Below are positions 34,033 to 47,920 of a stretch of 64,000 nucleotides of DNA, piece after piece. How positions within the stretch are numbered: position 1 is the stretch's first letter; each line of letters begins with the position of its first letter. The notes under the pieces were generated by a model, which made no database searches, was not told the DNA's origin, and saw nothing but the letters and a program-made list of their open reading frames with translations. Source of the DNA: the human T2T-CHM13v2.0 reference genome, Homo sapiens; assembly GCF_009914755.1 (NCBI RefSeq), contig NC_060929.1. One strand, given 5' to 3'. A program made the position numbers and the translations under genes.

Positions 34033-34529
34033 TAGTCTTGTTAGTCTTCATATCCACAACTGAATTCTGAACTTCTAAGTTCTCAGAAAGCAGGAGCTGA
34101 ATGAGAGGTCTTCTGTCTCTCACAGTGCTAAAACAATGCTATGCAAGTAGCAGTAACAGAGTCAGTAGCCAGTAATAGATAGTGGTTTGTTAAATGCTAA
34201 ATGTTAAATGCCTGAATGGAAAAATCATATATATACATATATATATATACATACATATATATATATTTTTTTTTTTGCAAAAATGGTGAAGAAGGTGATG
34301 GAAGCCTGCTAGCTCCACAGTGCGTGCTCCTCTTCCCCGCCCCTTCCCAGTGTGTGTGATCCCATCCTAGTTAGTGCAGACCCTCCCCTTTATGACTTTG
34401 TTATATATTTTCCTTTTGTTTTTAGTTTCTAGGCTTCTATGAAACTTTATGCATATAATGATAGAAAATTGTTTGAGTATTTATCATACTTATCAGGTAT
34501 ATCTAGCATGCTTAGGTTGATCTAGAACT

Positions 34530-34670
34530 ATGATGTCATTCATTCAATCATACGATAAATATTTAATGAGAATTAACTATGTACTAGGCAACGGCCTTGG
34601 TGCTAGGGACATTGTGGTGACTAGAACAGGCGTGCGGTCCTTATTCACAAGAAGCTTTTACTTTAGAGGT
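34530..34670 (-). mobile_element. L2 LINE 3' fragment
   Basis: 'cattcattcaatcatacgataaatatttaatgagaattaactatgtactaggc...ggtgctagggac'. Confidence 0.6.
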
Positions 34671-35777
34671 AACTTAGGTGGGCGCTTGCTATGGTCTTTT
34701 GGCATCTCATAGTCCTTAGATGCTGAGGGAACATCTCTTAATGATTACCTTTATAAGAACATAATAGCCCTCCCCATAACTGGGCAGACAGAAGGCTCTT
34801 CCTCCCATCCCTCTAGCCCACTAACAAATGCTGCTCTTGCTGCTGTCTTACAGGCAACTTTCTTAGCCTACCTTGCCTAAATGAAAGATGTAAAGAGGTT
34901 CCTCATCCTGTTACACTACGATGTACTTAGGCTCATACTGGCTAGTGGGCATTGCTATTACAATGGGTATCCACAGATCCGAATAATGTTAGCCTTTCTT
35001 TTAAAAATCTCAAATAGATAGTTTTGAACTTGTTTCTTCCTCTGAACTGCATTTGTTGCTTTACTAGATTTCCATCTCAACTGGAAACCTTGGGAATTGT
35101 ATTCAATCATATCTGGATTGTGGCCTCTTCCACGGCAATCCAATGGATTTGGGAAATTACAGAAACAAAATGGGATAAAAACACAACCCACGATGCTTTT
35201 AAATGTCTGTGTGAATGGTGAATTTGCTGAGCATCTCAAAATTGTTTTTGAAAACTTCTAAGTTGGACCACATATCCTTTCCGTCTATTTTTAACTCGTG
35301 AATTATTGGCCAAGTTTAGATGCAGTCCTGTGGTTTGAATTAAGTTAGCACATCATAGAGATCTGGCTCCAGCAATCTCACTCCTCCCCTCTGCTCCTTC
35401 CTGGCAGACTCTGGAGGGTTTAGAATAACATTATTCTTTGCATTAATTTTTCTGAGAGGAAGTCTTTGCAAGGAATCTAACTGAACTTGCCTCTCCAAAG
35501 TTTCTTGTAGAGTTAGGAAAACAAAATGTGAGGTTACCAAGAAGGTTAATGGAAGAGAAGTCTGTGGCTGTTTGCTTAAAATGGTTGCTAATGGGGCAAA
35601 AGTCTCACTCTGTAGAGTTGTTCTGTTTTGTGACCAGACTGTACCCCTACCAGCCAAAAACGTCCAGGAGGATTGTGTTGCTGCAGCAACGCCAATCCCT
35701 CCCAATTGCAAGAAAAGCAACTTACAATGTGACACTCTTGGTATATGTGAGCCCCACTTTGATCACGAGCAGGGTAA

Positions 35778-35942
35778 AGCAATGCTTCTTAAATTTCAAT
35801 GGGCACAAACGTGATCTGGGGGATCAACCGAAGATGAACTTTCTGATTTAGTAGACCAGGGTAGGGGCAGAGATTCTGGATATCTGGCAAGTTACCAGAT
35901 TATGTTGGTAGTTGGTCCATCTTTTGTGCAGCAAGGGGCTAG
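35778..35942. mobile_element. MER5-like hAT-Charlie MITE
   Basis: 'cagtg-like start...gatttagtagaccagggtaggggcagagattctggatatctggcaagttaccag...ttgtgcagcaagg'. Confidence 0.55.
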
Positions 35943-36360
35943 AATATTTCTCAATAACTAAATAAAAAAAAAATACACTTAAGGGCTTCTCCATGGAGGT
36001 TCACTACTGAACAGTAAAAACTCATAAATATAAACTAAGCTCCCAAAGAGCCTCAGAAAATCAATCTCTAACAGAGGTTAGCCAGAGGTGGACACTGGTT
36101 AATATCTGGCAACTCTGACCACCTTGAATCCCCGTGTCTATTTTCAGGTAAAAATGGAGTCACCTAATGGCTAGATGTTATCAGGGCCATACATGTCAGA
36201 GCTTCCTCAGAATTCTGCCCCATTCTAGTTCTACACACACAGAAAAATTACAGAACATATCTAAGTATTTCTCCAGTATGTATACTGGAGATAATCATGA
36301 TACCCATTCTGAAAGGTTGTTGTGAGGATAAACTGGGGTAACAAGGCCGTGGTGTGCTAG

Positions 36361-37042
36361 TGGGTCCAGAATTGGTTCCTTCTGGGTTCTTGGTCTCGCT
36401 GACTTCAAGAATGAAGCCGCGGACCCTCATGGTGAGTGTTAAAGGTCTTAAAGATGTTGTGTCCAGAGTTTGTTCCTTCAGATGTTCAGACGTGTCCAGA
36501 GTTTCTTCCTTCTGGCGGCTTTGTGGTCTCGCTGACTTCAGGAGTGAAGCCACAGACCTACGCAGTGAGTGTTACAGATTCATTCCTCCCGCTGGGTTTG
36601 TGGTCTCACTGGCTTCATGAGTGAAGCTGCAGACCTTCCAGGTGAGTGTTACAGCCCGAAAAGCCAGTGTGGACCCAAAGTGTGAACAGCAGCAAGATTT
36701 ACTGGGAAGAAACAAAGAACAAGACTGCCACACCTTGGAAGCGAACCCAACAGCATTGCAGCTGCTGGATCAGGTGACCTGCTTTATTCCCTTATTTGGC
36801 CCCACCCACATCCTGCTGATTGGTCCATTTTACAGAGAGCTGATTGGTCCATTTTACAGAGTGCTGATTGGTCCGTTTGACAGAGTGCTGATTGGTCTCT
36901 TTTGACAGAGTGCTGATTGGTGCGTTTACAAGCCTTTAGGTAGACACAGAGTGCTGATTGGTGCATTTACAATCCTTTAGCTAGACAGAAAAATTCTCCA
37001 AGTCCCCACCCGACCCAGAAGCCTAGCCTGCTTTACCTCTCA
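36361..37042 (-). mobile_element. LTR12 (ERV9) solo LTR
   Basis: 'ggtctcgctgacttcaagaatgaagccgcggaccctc', tandem 'gctgattgg' units, TG...CA ends and a perfect 4-bp TSD 'ctag' (36357-36360 and 37043-37046). Confidence 0.94.
36815..36961 (-). promoter_or_regulatory. Six tandem CCAAT (NF-Y) boxes in LTR12 U3
   Basis: 'gctgattgg' at 36815, 36839, 36863, 36887, 36912 and 36953; CCAAT on the minus strand. Confidence 0.75.
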
Positions 37043-38005
37043 CTAGCACTGTCTAGAGCTGTCTAGAGAACTTTCTTATCAAAAAATGTTGTAATTGGGT
37101 TTTTCTCAAGAAATGGTAAATTGGGGTCTCTCAAACTGGATGCTACATGAGGTATGACCATATTCTGTCATTATCCCATGATTGGTCAATGCTTGGCTCT
37201 TTCACCTTGCCAAGGAAACCACTGAGTGTAATTTCAGAGTTTTGGGAGTTCATTGCTCCATCCGTTTTGATCTCCATCACAAGAAGCAGGACTCCAAGCT
37301 GTACAGTTTAAGGATGGATCCCAAGATATTATTGTCTCTCCAAAGTTTGTACTATAATGAATATGCCAAAATTAGCATGGGGAGGAACACAATGTACGTA
37401 TATAGGTAATATAAAATGAGCCTGTGACCCAGTTACAGCTTTCATACATTTTTCTAAATAATCGTAGCTGGTAGATTAATTGGAAGATGGCAGCTCCCGT
37501 AGCAAGTAGGGGGGTAATTTCCCTCTGGTGCATTTGTGCTGAAAACATGGGTTTACTATTCTGAACGTAAGGGACATTAACAATCAGCCTAGTCATTCCA
37601 ACACCAATAGATCTTTCATTCTTCTTTAACTGTTCTTTTCTATTCCTCTACATTTCTCTGTTTCCTCCCCTGACTCCTCTTCAATGCCTTCTGGTGAAAA
37701 GAAAGAAGTGTCTTTTCTTTTTTGAGAATGCTAGGCTGCAATTAGTGTGCCTCCTTTGACACAAAAACTTTCCCCAGAGAGGTAGATTTACAACCTACAG
37801 TCCACTAAGCACATGGGCGTTGGAGCTTGACTGGCTAAATTCTAATCCCAGTTTTATAACGTGATGCTATCTCAGTTACGCCTTATTTCCCTCATCTGTA
37901 AGATGAGAATATCTTAGTGCCTTCTTCATAAAGTTTTTGAGTGAAGTAAATTGACTTAAATATGTCAAGTTCTTAGGGCAATGCCTTACATCGTAATTCT
38001 GATAG

Positions 38006-38510
<505 letters not shown>

Positions 38511-41378
38511 TGACATGATTTTGGGAATAAAAAGGCTACATTTGCTATTTCCTTTCCAGACCACCCAATCTCTGCTTGATCCAATGTAATCTGGCTTTAG
38601 CTCCCTAGCTGCTGAGGGCAAGTACTACTGTGCAGATGCTCTGATGGACAACTGTTCTGATGGAAGTTAGGATCCAGGTCACCTAGGGCCACACTGAAGT
38701 TTTTAATGGTTGGAGGAATTGATTGACAGCACCTGCTGTGAAAAACATACAGACTTAAATAATATTTCCTGCAAATCTCAGGGTTCCCAATATCTAAGCA
38801 TTCACTGTTATTTTGGCGGTGGGAATGGGGCCTTGGCACTTTAGCCCAGGTGGTATAGAATGGTGGGAAGAATCGTGAACTTGGTGTCACAAGAAGTGGG
38901 CTCAAGTTCTCATTCTTCTTTGCACATGTTAGATGCTCAATCAACACTCGTTTAACTGAAATAATTATTTGCCCAGCAAACCACCCAGGACTCTTGCCTA
39001 CTTAGTTTTATGCTAATGCATCTGCTATCCAGGTTGGGTCAAACACTGAGAGAGCCTAAATGGAGGTTAGGCATCTGGGCCTATAACCTAGGTGTCCACA
39101 GGCAGGAGTTAGTAAGCCCAGGGGCTTGGAAAGGGGTTTCTCTCTGAAGGGAGATTGAGACAGGGAGATGCAGGGTTGATGATGTTGGCTGCTGGACCCA
39201 GATCTGACCCTTTAGACAGAGAAGTGGGGCTCAAGCAAAATCCTCTCCTGCTTTAAGCCAGCTTGGTATTTCTCTGGTATCATCTATCTAGCTTTTCTCT
39301 ATCTAGTTCTGCCTCCAGTTTCTTTTTTATTTCAAGATAATTTTAACCTCTGAATTCCTCTTGTTATGTGTCTTGAGAAAAAGTCCCAATATTCAGAGAG
39401 TCATAAACTATATTAGAGCAAGAAGTTATCTTAATCATCTTCAGTTTACACAGAGACCTAGAGAGCTGCTAATTAACCCAATCATCATCAGAGAAAGTAA
39501 TTTTCTTTTATTTGTAAGAAGAAAATTAAGGAGGTTTGAATTATCATTTGGCTGGTTAAGGCGACACTCCCATTGCATGAATGCAGTGTCAACAATTTAA
39601 TGACATCAAGAGATGGGAGGTTTCCTTTACACGCTCTCCCAAAGGATGTTTTCACATGTGGTTCTTTCAGATAACAGTTTTGAAATGTTGAGTGACACCC
39701 AGCACATTTTCTATTTGATTTCACAATCTTTTTGTAAGACAGAATTAAAAAAAAATCTATTTCCTTCCCGCTGGAAATAGAGCAAGCAGATTTACATTAA
39801 GCTTATGAAGCAGAAAATTAAAATTTTTGCAAAACCATGGTATGTATTATTTGGTCTACATTATGCTAAACAATTGGTTTTAGTCACTTTGGGCCCCTAA
39901 AAGTGACCATTTTTTGGTATGTTATAGACCCAGCCTGTATGTTTCTTGGTGAAATGGTGACTGAATCTTTCTTTGGCCTAATATGTCCTATTTGCCTGTG
40001 AGAGATCTGATGTATGAGTTATACGTGTAGCAATATGGCAGCCTTTAGGCAAGTTTAGATGAAATATTTCAGCTATGTGTAGGATTTAAGCTTCCAGGAG
40101 TTTATATTCTGACATTTCCCTCTTTCTCCCTCAGGGAAAGAAATTCTATTAAAATCCAAATTGAAAAATGGAGAAAAAAATGAGATCTCAATTTGCAGCA
40201 GGAAATTTTTGGCATGACTAGGCTTAGGGAGACAAAAGACAAGTTTGAAGAGCTAAATCTGAATTAATCTCTACATCTCTAATCAAACAGGTTTATGCTT
40301 TCCTTCATCCAGTTAAACAAACAAACTAAAATTCTATGGGCATACCTACACACATAATTGTTCTTTTGTTATAATATTTTCTCTGTTATAATTCAAGATA
40401 AAAATAACATACTAGGAAAGGTTTTGGCTATTTGCTCGATAAACTAAGATATGTCAGAAGTGATTTTCAACATCAGGCTATTAATAATATTTGATGGGAA
40501 TAAAGGTTGTTATGGTGATCTCTGAATTCCTTTTTGTCAGTGATAAAGTCTACACCAGGATATCAGCCTGTTTAAATGCTTGAAGAAATGTTCGTGTAGT
40601 TCTGTCTGCATGCAATGGGCTCCTGTGTATGAAATTTCATGGCTACCATGCACAAATAGGAATCCAAATCAGAATTCTTATTTTTCTCTTAGTAAAAAAC
40701 CCAACAGCTGAGTTAGAATGGTGTATTAGAACAACTCATCCATCAGCCATTGATTAAGAAGTAGGTATTGAACACTCATTAAGTGCCTGGCCCGATGCTG
40801 AGTGTCATTATTTGTTATTCCAAAATGCTTCATAAATGAGCAGCCCAGCTCAGATCTGATGCACTCTCAATTCCCCAAACCTTTGCCAAAATTGTTTTTG
40901 GCTGGAACAAAGATAAACATGTAGAATCTCTTTTTCTCTGACAGGAATAGCTGACTATATAGTATACTTCTCGTTTTTCAAAATCCAATTCTCAATATAT
41001 ATGGCTAATTAAAAAAATACACCAACAGTGAGATAAAATAAATAGTAAGCTATACACTTGGGAAACTATTTGCCACAAATATGCCAAAGAATTAATATCT
41101 TTCATATTTAAATATAATATGTTTCAATAAGAAAAACATCAACATAACAGAAAAATAGGTACAAGTGAATAGTTTATAGAGAAGGAAAAATAAGTCATCA
41201 ATAAGGAAATGAAAAGATGCATTTTTTTTAGTCTAGTACATGGTAGCTATTCAATAAGTATTTATTGAATAAATGAAGAAATTCATTACTAAAGAAAAAG
41301 GGTTCAATATTGGTAGCAATAAAACATTAAAATTTCAAACAATAATTATATTTTGCCTCTCAAACTAGCCTATATTAG

Positions 41379-42090
41379 TATATCAGTCTGAGTCTAATGA
41401 GGAGATAGAAACCAAGCAGTAGATTGAATAAGGAAGTTTAATATAAATAACTATTAACTATCATAAAAGAGTAACTATAAGAGATAAGGAAACTCTCTGT
41501 GATGCCCTAGAACTAGAGGAGAGTACCCAGGGAAAGACAAACTCGGAAAGAGGTTCAGACCTCAATGGAGAAAGTTTAGTTCAACCCACTGGATAGCAGA
41601 GAAGTTCATTGCTGGTATGCTCAGACTGGTGCCGGTCAGCAGTCACTATGAAGCCACTTTTCAGAGTGCAGGTGGGATAACGTCATCAGTAACCAGTGGT
41701 ATGAACATGCAGGGGTAGGAAAGTGCTTTAGGCTGCAGCGGGGCAGCACAGGGGCCTGCATAGGGTATCCAGGTGTCAGCATGTTCAGAAGGCCTTCGAG
41801 ATGTTCGTTTCCATGTCAAGAGGGTCACAGAAATGTTATTGGCAGTCTGAGGCTATAAGGATTCTTGAGTTGTCTGAGTTTTCTGGGCCTAAGACTGGTG
41901 CAGACGTCTTCATACCCACACTACTGGCTCTCATGCTACAGTCGGAAACCTCAGGAGAGCCTCTTGTCTCCTGCAATGTCCCTGTAGTGCCTTCTTTAAA
42001 GGAGAAATGCTTAAAGGAATTCTATTATCTCAGAACATATATTGAAAAGTAAATTTGGAGCAGAGAGGCAATAAATTGATAATTAGTACC
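41379..42090 (-). mobile_element. Old ERVL-class solo LTR (LTR41/LTR52-like) within L1M fragments
   Basis: 'tatcagtctgagtctaatgaggagatagaaaccaagcag...gtttaatataaataactattaacta' through 'ggagcagagaggcaataaattgataattag'; family assignment uncertain. Confidence 0.55.
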
Positions 42091-43244
42091 ATCAGTTACC
42101 ATTAAAGAAAAAGTATAAAGAATAATTTAAAAATATATTGATAAATATATTATTCTAAGTAATAATGGCAACCATCAAAAGTACTAAAATGATAAATTAT
42201 TCACAATATTAACATGGAGGAAGTGAATTGAGAGTGAGAATAGAAAGACTTTTACTTTGTATTTTATTTCGTGCCTTTCTATATTATTTTTATTTTTTTG
42301 GTAGTTTTTATGAAAGAATGCATTATTTTCAATATCTGCATCCCCAAAGTCAGATAATCAAAAAATTAAACCTATTCACTAGTTAGATAGAAATAGTAAG
42401 CAATTTTCCAAATTATTATAAGAAAGAAAGAAGCAACAAAAATCCAGGAAAAATAAGAAACAGCAAAAAGAAACAACTATAAACCAAACAAATAAAAACA
42501 AAAACAGAATATCTGAATAAAAATAAACATAATAGTGTTCTCAAATAATGTAAATGGATTAAATTCCCCTATTAAGTATAAAAACTCCCAGAATGATTTT
42601 TAAAAAGCAAAATACAAATATATGATATTTTAGAAAACATGCTTAGAACAAAAGGCAGAATGTAATGAGAAAATTAGGCTAAAACCAAAGTGAGACAGAA
42701 TGTAAGCTACCACAACTTTACAAGGTATGTGCCATCATTGTCCTCCATATCTGGTGAGGAAACTAAGACACAGCTACTGCGGCAGAACAGTGATTAAAAC
42801 CCAGGTTTTCTGGCTCCTGAACCTGTGCTTGTAGCCATTATGCTAGATTGCAAAAATGGTCACAATTCTCAACCCCTGCAGCCTTATTTTTCCAGTTTCT
42901 TTGTAAGAAAGCAATTGCAAAACCACAGCTTTGAATATGAGAATGTGAATTCAGATGGATTTCAACAATTGTGAGCAGCCCTGTTTAATTCCAAGAGTAA
43001 GGTTTCTGTTATGACTTTTCACTTTTTGCACTAGGCTGGCAAGAGTGACTTAAATAACTGCAATAGAGAATCAAAATCCGTTCACTGCAAGATGAAAAAC
43101 CTTAGCAGAAACCCCATTCCCCAAATTAAACAAGGCTGTTTATAATAATTGACACTTATTCTAATTCACTTTCTGGTATTCAGAGCTGTGGCTTTGTAAT
43201 TGCTTTTTCAAGGGGAGATATTGGCATTTCTAGACTACAAAGCA

Positions 43245-44300
43245 GCACATGGTATCAAGATGTGTTTTGTTTCTCATGAATAATGATGCTGAACACCTTT
43301 CTCATTTGCATATTGATCATTTTCATATCCTCTTTTGTGGAGTGCTTGTTCAGGATTCTGGCTCAACATTAAAAATTGTGTTGTATATCTTTTTCTTATC
43401 AATTTATAGAACTTTTATACAAGAATATAGTCTAGATATAAATTCTTTGCCATATGTGTGTGTGCATGCAAATGTCTGAATAACAAATATTTTATACCAG
43501 TCTGAGGTTTGCTTTTTCCATTCTCTTAACCATGTCATTCATTGAACAGAATTTCTTTATTTTAATTAAATCCAATTTATCAGTATTTCCATGTGTTCTG
43601 TCTAAGAAACTATGGCCTAACCTGAGGTCCCTGAACATATTTACTGTGTTTTCTTCTAGAATTTTTATTGTTTTACTTTTCGTCTTTAGATATATGATCT
43701 ACCTTGAATTAATTTTTGTGTATAATGTGAGGTAAGGGACAAGAGTCTTTTTTTCCCATATGAATATACACTTGAACCACCACCATTTATTGAAAAGATA
43801 ATTCTTTCTCCACTGAGTTTCTGTGATGCCTTTATCATAAATCAGATTTATCATAAATCCTATGGATGTGGGTCTGTTTCTGAAGTCTAATTTATTCCAT
43901 GATCTGTTGTCTTTTCTTGTTCCAGTACCATACTGTTTTAATTTCTCTAGCTTTGATATCAGGTTTTGTCTTTTTTCTTCAGTATTGCCTTAGCTATTCA
44001 GAGTTCTTTTTATTTCCATATCAATTTTACAAATAGCTTATCAATTTCTACCAAAAAAATTGATAGCATTTTTATTGGGATTGCATTGAATTTATATATC
44101 CATTTGGAATGACTTGATATCTTAAGACTGTTGCATCTTTGAATTCCATGTTCATGATATTACCTGTCATTTACTTAGATCTTCTTTTACTTCTCTCAGC
44201 AACTATCTGTAGTTTTCATCGTAGAGATCTTATACAACTTCTATCAGATTTATTCTACATAATTGATGTTTTTGGTGCTTTAAAAATTTTACCAATTGTT
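43245..44300 (-). mobile_element. Ancient L1M ORF2 fragment
   Basis: Antisense L1-type text 'tatgatctaccttgaattaatttttgtgtataatgtgaggtaagggac', 'caccatttattgaaaagata', 'ttattgggattgcattgaattta'. Confidence 0.75.
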
Positions 44301-44614
44301 TGTCTCTTTTTAAAAATAGATTCATTTCCCCAATGAAATTCTCCAACCTTTCTTCCATTTTGTCTATCATTTTCTCCATTCTCTTGACCATATTAATCAC
44401 AGTTATTTTAAACTCCCTGTCAGTTATTGTTAACATCTGATTCACCTATAAATCTATTTACTTTAAATAAATTTCTACTTGGATTTCCATAATTTGGTTC
44501 AAAGCCTGGACGGTTCAAAGCCTGGAACATTCGCCAAGGTTTTTCTATTTTGGAAAGGTTTTAATTATGACCTTTGCCTCCCTAGTACTGAAATCTCTGA
44601 TCAGATCTTCAGCT

Positions 44615-44912
44615 ATCCTCCTTCCCTCCCTCCCTGCCTCCCTTCCTTCATTCCTTCCTTCCTGTCTCCCTCCTTCCCTTCCTTCTCTCTTTCTTTCTTT
44701 CTCTTTCTTTCTTTATCTTTCTTTCTTTCTTTCTCTTTCTTTCTTCTTTCTTTCCTTTCTTTTCTCTTTCTCTCCTTTCTTTCTTTTCTCTCTCTCCTCC
44801 CCTCCCTCTCTCCCTCCCTTCTTTCCTTCCTTCTTTTCCTCTCTCCCTCCTCCCTCCCTTCCTCCCCCCTCTCTTTCTTTGTGTCTTTCTCTCCTTCTAT
44901 TTCTTTATTTCT
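44615..44912. repeat. Polypyrimidine low-complexity tract ((CTTT)n/(CCTT)n/(CCCT)n)
   Basis: About 300 bp of almost exclusively C and T on the plus strand. Confidence 0.95.
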
Positions 44913-45240
44913 TGTTTCATATTTTGTGTGCCAGCTTAGGAACCCATAAACTTTAGGGAAATAAGTTTGCAGAATTGTAGGCACCTTTGTTGTTTCCCTT
45001 CTTCAGGACTTTCCTAAGTCCTGCCTGCTTTGGCAGCTCCAAATTCTTACTTCTACTTTCTCAGCCCACTAAGACTGTTGTATTTGTATATCCCTATTCT
45101 GCAGTGTGTACATGTCCTCAAGAGAATATCTGGAATGTATGTGGACCTCATGCCATAGGGTTTTCTTTAAATCTCGCTTGTGCTTGGTGTCTCCAGTGCC
45201 TTCAGGCAATTGCTTTATGTATTTTGTGCAACGTTTATAA

Positions 45241-46444
45241 TTTTTTTTTAAATTTTTTTAGTATTTATTGATCATTCTTGGGTGTTTCTCGGAGAGGGGG
45301 ATTTGGCAGGGTCATAGGACAATAGTGGAGGGAAGGTCAGCAGATAAACATGTGAACAAAGGTCTCTGGTTTTCCTAGGCAGAGGGCCCTGCCGCCTTCC
45401 GCAGTGTTTGTGTCCCTGGGTACTTGAGATTAGGGAGTGGTGATGACTCTTAACGAGCATGCTGCCTTCAAGCATCTGTTTAACAAAGCACATCTTGCAC
45501 GGACCTTAATCCATTTAACCCTTAGTGGACATAGCACATGTTTCAGAGAGCACGGGGTTGGGGGTAAGGTTATAGATTAACAGCATCCCAAGGCAGAAGA
45601 ATTTTTCTTAGTACAGAACAAAATGGAGTCTCCTATGTCTACTTCTTTCCACGCAGACACAGTAACAATCCGATCTCTCTTTCTTTTCCCCACACTTCCC
45701 CCCTTTCTATTTGACAAAACCGCCATCGTCATCATGGCCCGTTCTCAATGTGCTGTTGGGTAAACCTCCCAGACGGGGTGGCTGCCGGGCAGAGGGGCTC
45801 CTCACTTCCCAGACGGGGCGGCCGGGCAGAGGTGCTCCCCACATCCCAGACGATGGGCGGCCGGGCAGAAACGCTCCTCACTTCCTAGACGGGATGACGG
45901 CCGGGAAAAGGTGCTCCTCACTTCCCAGACTGGACGGCCAGGCAGAGGGGCTCCTCACATCCCAGATGATGGGCAGCCGGGCAGAGACGCTCCTCACTTC
46001 TTAGACAGGGTGGCGGCCGGGCAGAGGCTGCAATCTCGGCACTTTGGGAGGCCAAGGCAGTCGGCTGGGAGGTGGAGGTTGTAGCGAGCCGAGATCACGC
46101 CACTGCACTCCAGCATGGGCAATATTGAGCACTGAGCGAGCGAGACTCCGTCTGCAATCCTGGCACCTCGGGAGGCCGAGGCTGGCAGATCACGCGCGGT
46201 CAGGAGCTGGAGACCAGCCCGGCCAACACGGCGAAACCCCGTCTCCACCAAAAAATACGAAAACCAGTCAGGCGTGGCGGTGCGTGCCTGCAATCCCAGG
46301 CACTCGGCAGGCTGAGGCAGGAGAATCAGGCAGGGAGGTTGCAGTGAGCTGAGATGGCGGCAGTACAGTCCAGCCTCCGCTTGGCATCAGAGGGAGACCA
46401 TGCAAAGGGGAGAGAGGGAGGGGGAGGGGGAGGGGGAGAGGGAG
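45241..46444 (-). mobile_element. SVA retrotransposon, older subfamily (SVA_A-C-like), all modules present, short VNTR
   Basis: On the plus strand: poly(T) from 45241, SINE-R about 45262-45760, VNTR about 45765-46025, Alu-like region about 46025-46400, hexamer (GGGAGA/GGGGGA)n about 46405-46444. TSD core 'cgtttata' at 45232-45239 and 46445-46452. Confidence 0.95.
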
Positions 46445-47522
46445 CGTTTATAGTTATTTTTGAAGAAAGGGCTAGGTGATGCAAGCTATTTTATCATAGC
46501 TGGAGTCCTAAATCTTCTCAGTATCTAGCCTTAAAGTATTAAAGTATCTAGCCTTGAGCTGTCTGTTATCTTCAGTAAGTCTTCTAAACTTAATGGCTTC
46601 CTTTTCATAGTTTCTTCGGGGAATTAAAAGGAAAATGACTGTTTCATGTTTAGGCTGGCACAGGGTGAACAGAAGAGACCAGTCATAGAAGATGAGATAT
46701 GAGGGGACAAAAATGCAGCAAAAGCAGAAAATAAAAGCAAATACTGCCTGGGAGAAATGCACAGATTACTGAGAGCTGGTGCATTGCCAGTGCACATGGA
46801 ATGAGAACTATTTAGTGAGAATTTTTCTTTCCTACTCATATGTTTCTTCCTCTAAAGGGAGCCCATTTATCACAACTCTGGGTCTCTCTCTGTTTCTTTA
46901 CTCACTGTGTCTCTGGGGTGGTGGAATGACTCATTTGTTTGAGAAATATGGGAAGAATTGTGGTGTATGTTTAGCTCAACTCTGTCCTCATACTGCCCAC
47001 AGAAAACACGAATTTACTTATTGTCAGTAATAATACTGACAAATTTGGGTAGTCCCCTTCCACATGGCAAAGTCTCCTTGAATCTGACACTGGGACAGGG
47101 TGTTCAAGCCTTGAGTTCATTCAGCAAGAACATACGATTCTCAACGTAGACTCTTAGAACTTTGCTTTTATCTATCAAAAAGTTGCTATTTGTCCTGTAT
47201 ATATGTTTTTTTCCCCCTTCTCCTCAACTTGTTTAGAACCTAGATGAAAAGAGGGGTGCTATTTGTTGGGATATTCTCAAAGATCTTAACATGGACTGTC
47301 TTAGTCTTGATCTCCTAGAGAACAAAACCTAAGGGAAAGATCTGACAGTTGGTTTAAGAGGTGCAAGCCAGGGGTGTGAAAATGTTGAAAACAAATAGAA
47401 GTTAATTAAGGAAAGAGGTGAAGCTATGGGGTGTGATGTAGGATGCTGGCTTCAACTTCCCAATGAGCTGTAAAGAGATATAGGGCATCTGTCTTCATTT
47501 GGCACATGCGACTTTTTTGGAG

Positions 47523-47843
47523 TGTGTGTGTGTGTGTGTGTGTGTGTTGTGTTTTTTCTTTTTGAAACAGTCTCACTCTATCACCCAGGCTGGAGTGCAG
47601 TGGTGTGATCTCGGCTTACTGCAACCTCCCATCTCCTGGGTTCAAGCAATTCTCGTGCCTCAGCCTCCCAAGTAGCTGGGATTACAGGTGTGTGCCACCA
47701 AACCTGGCTAATTTTTGTATTTTTAGTAGAGACAGGGTTTCACCATGTTGGCCAGGCTGGTCTGGAGTGCCCGACCTCAGGTGATCCGCCAGCCTCGGCC
47801 TCCCAAAGTGCTGGAATATAGGCTTGAGCCACCGCGCCCTGCC
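47523..47843 (-). mobile_element. AluS SINE with (CA)n-expanded tail
   Basis: Antisense Alu; TSD 'ttttttggag' encloses a (TG)n tract at the tail. Confidence 0.92.
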
Positions 47844-47920
47844 TTTTTTGGAGAGTTTTTAAAGAGAAGCCATACTATGAATGGATGAAAGGAAGGACAT
47901 ATGTCTGCCTGATTCTCTTT

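Noticed and set aside
36079-36098. CTCF-like site 'gccagaggtggacac'
   Set aside because: Spacing is one base off the CTCF core; poor match.
44479-44984. ORFs of 123-156 aa rich in S/F/L or E/R/K
   Set aside because: Artefacts of the stop-poor polypyrimidine repeat.
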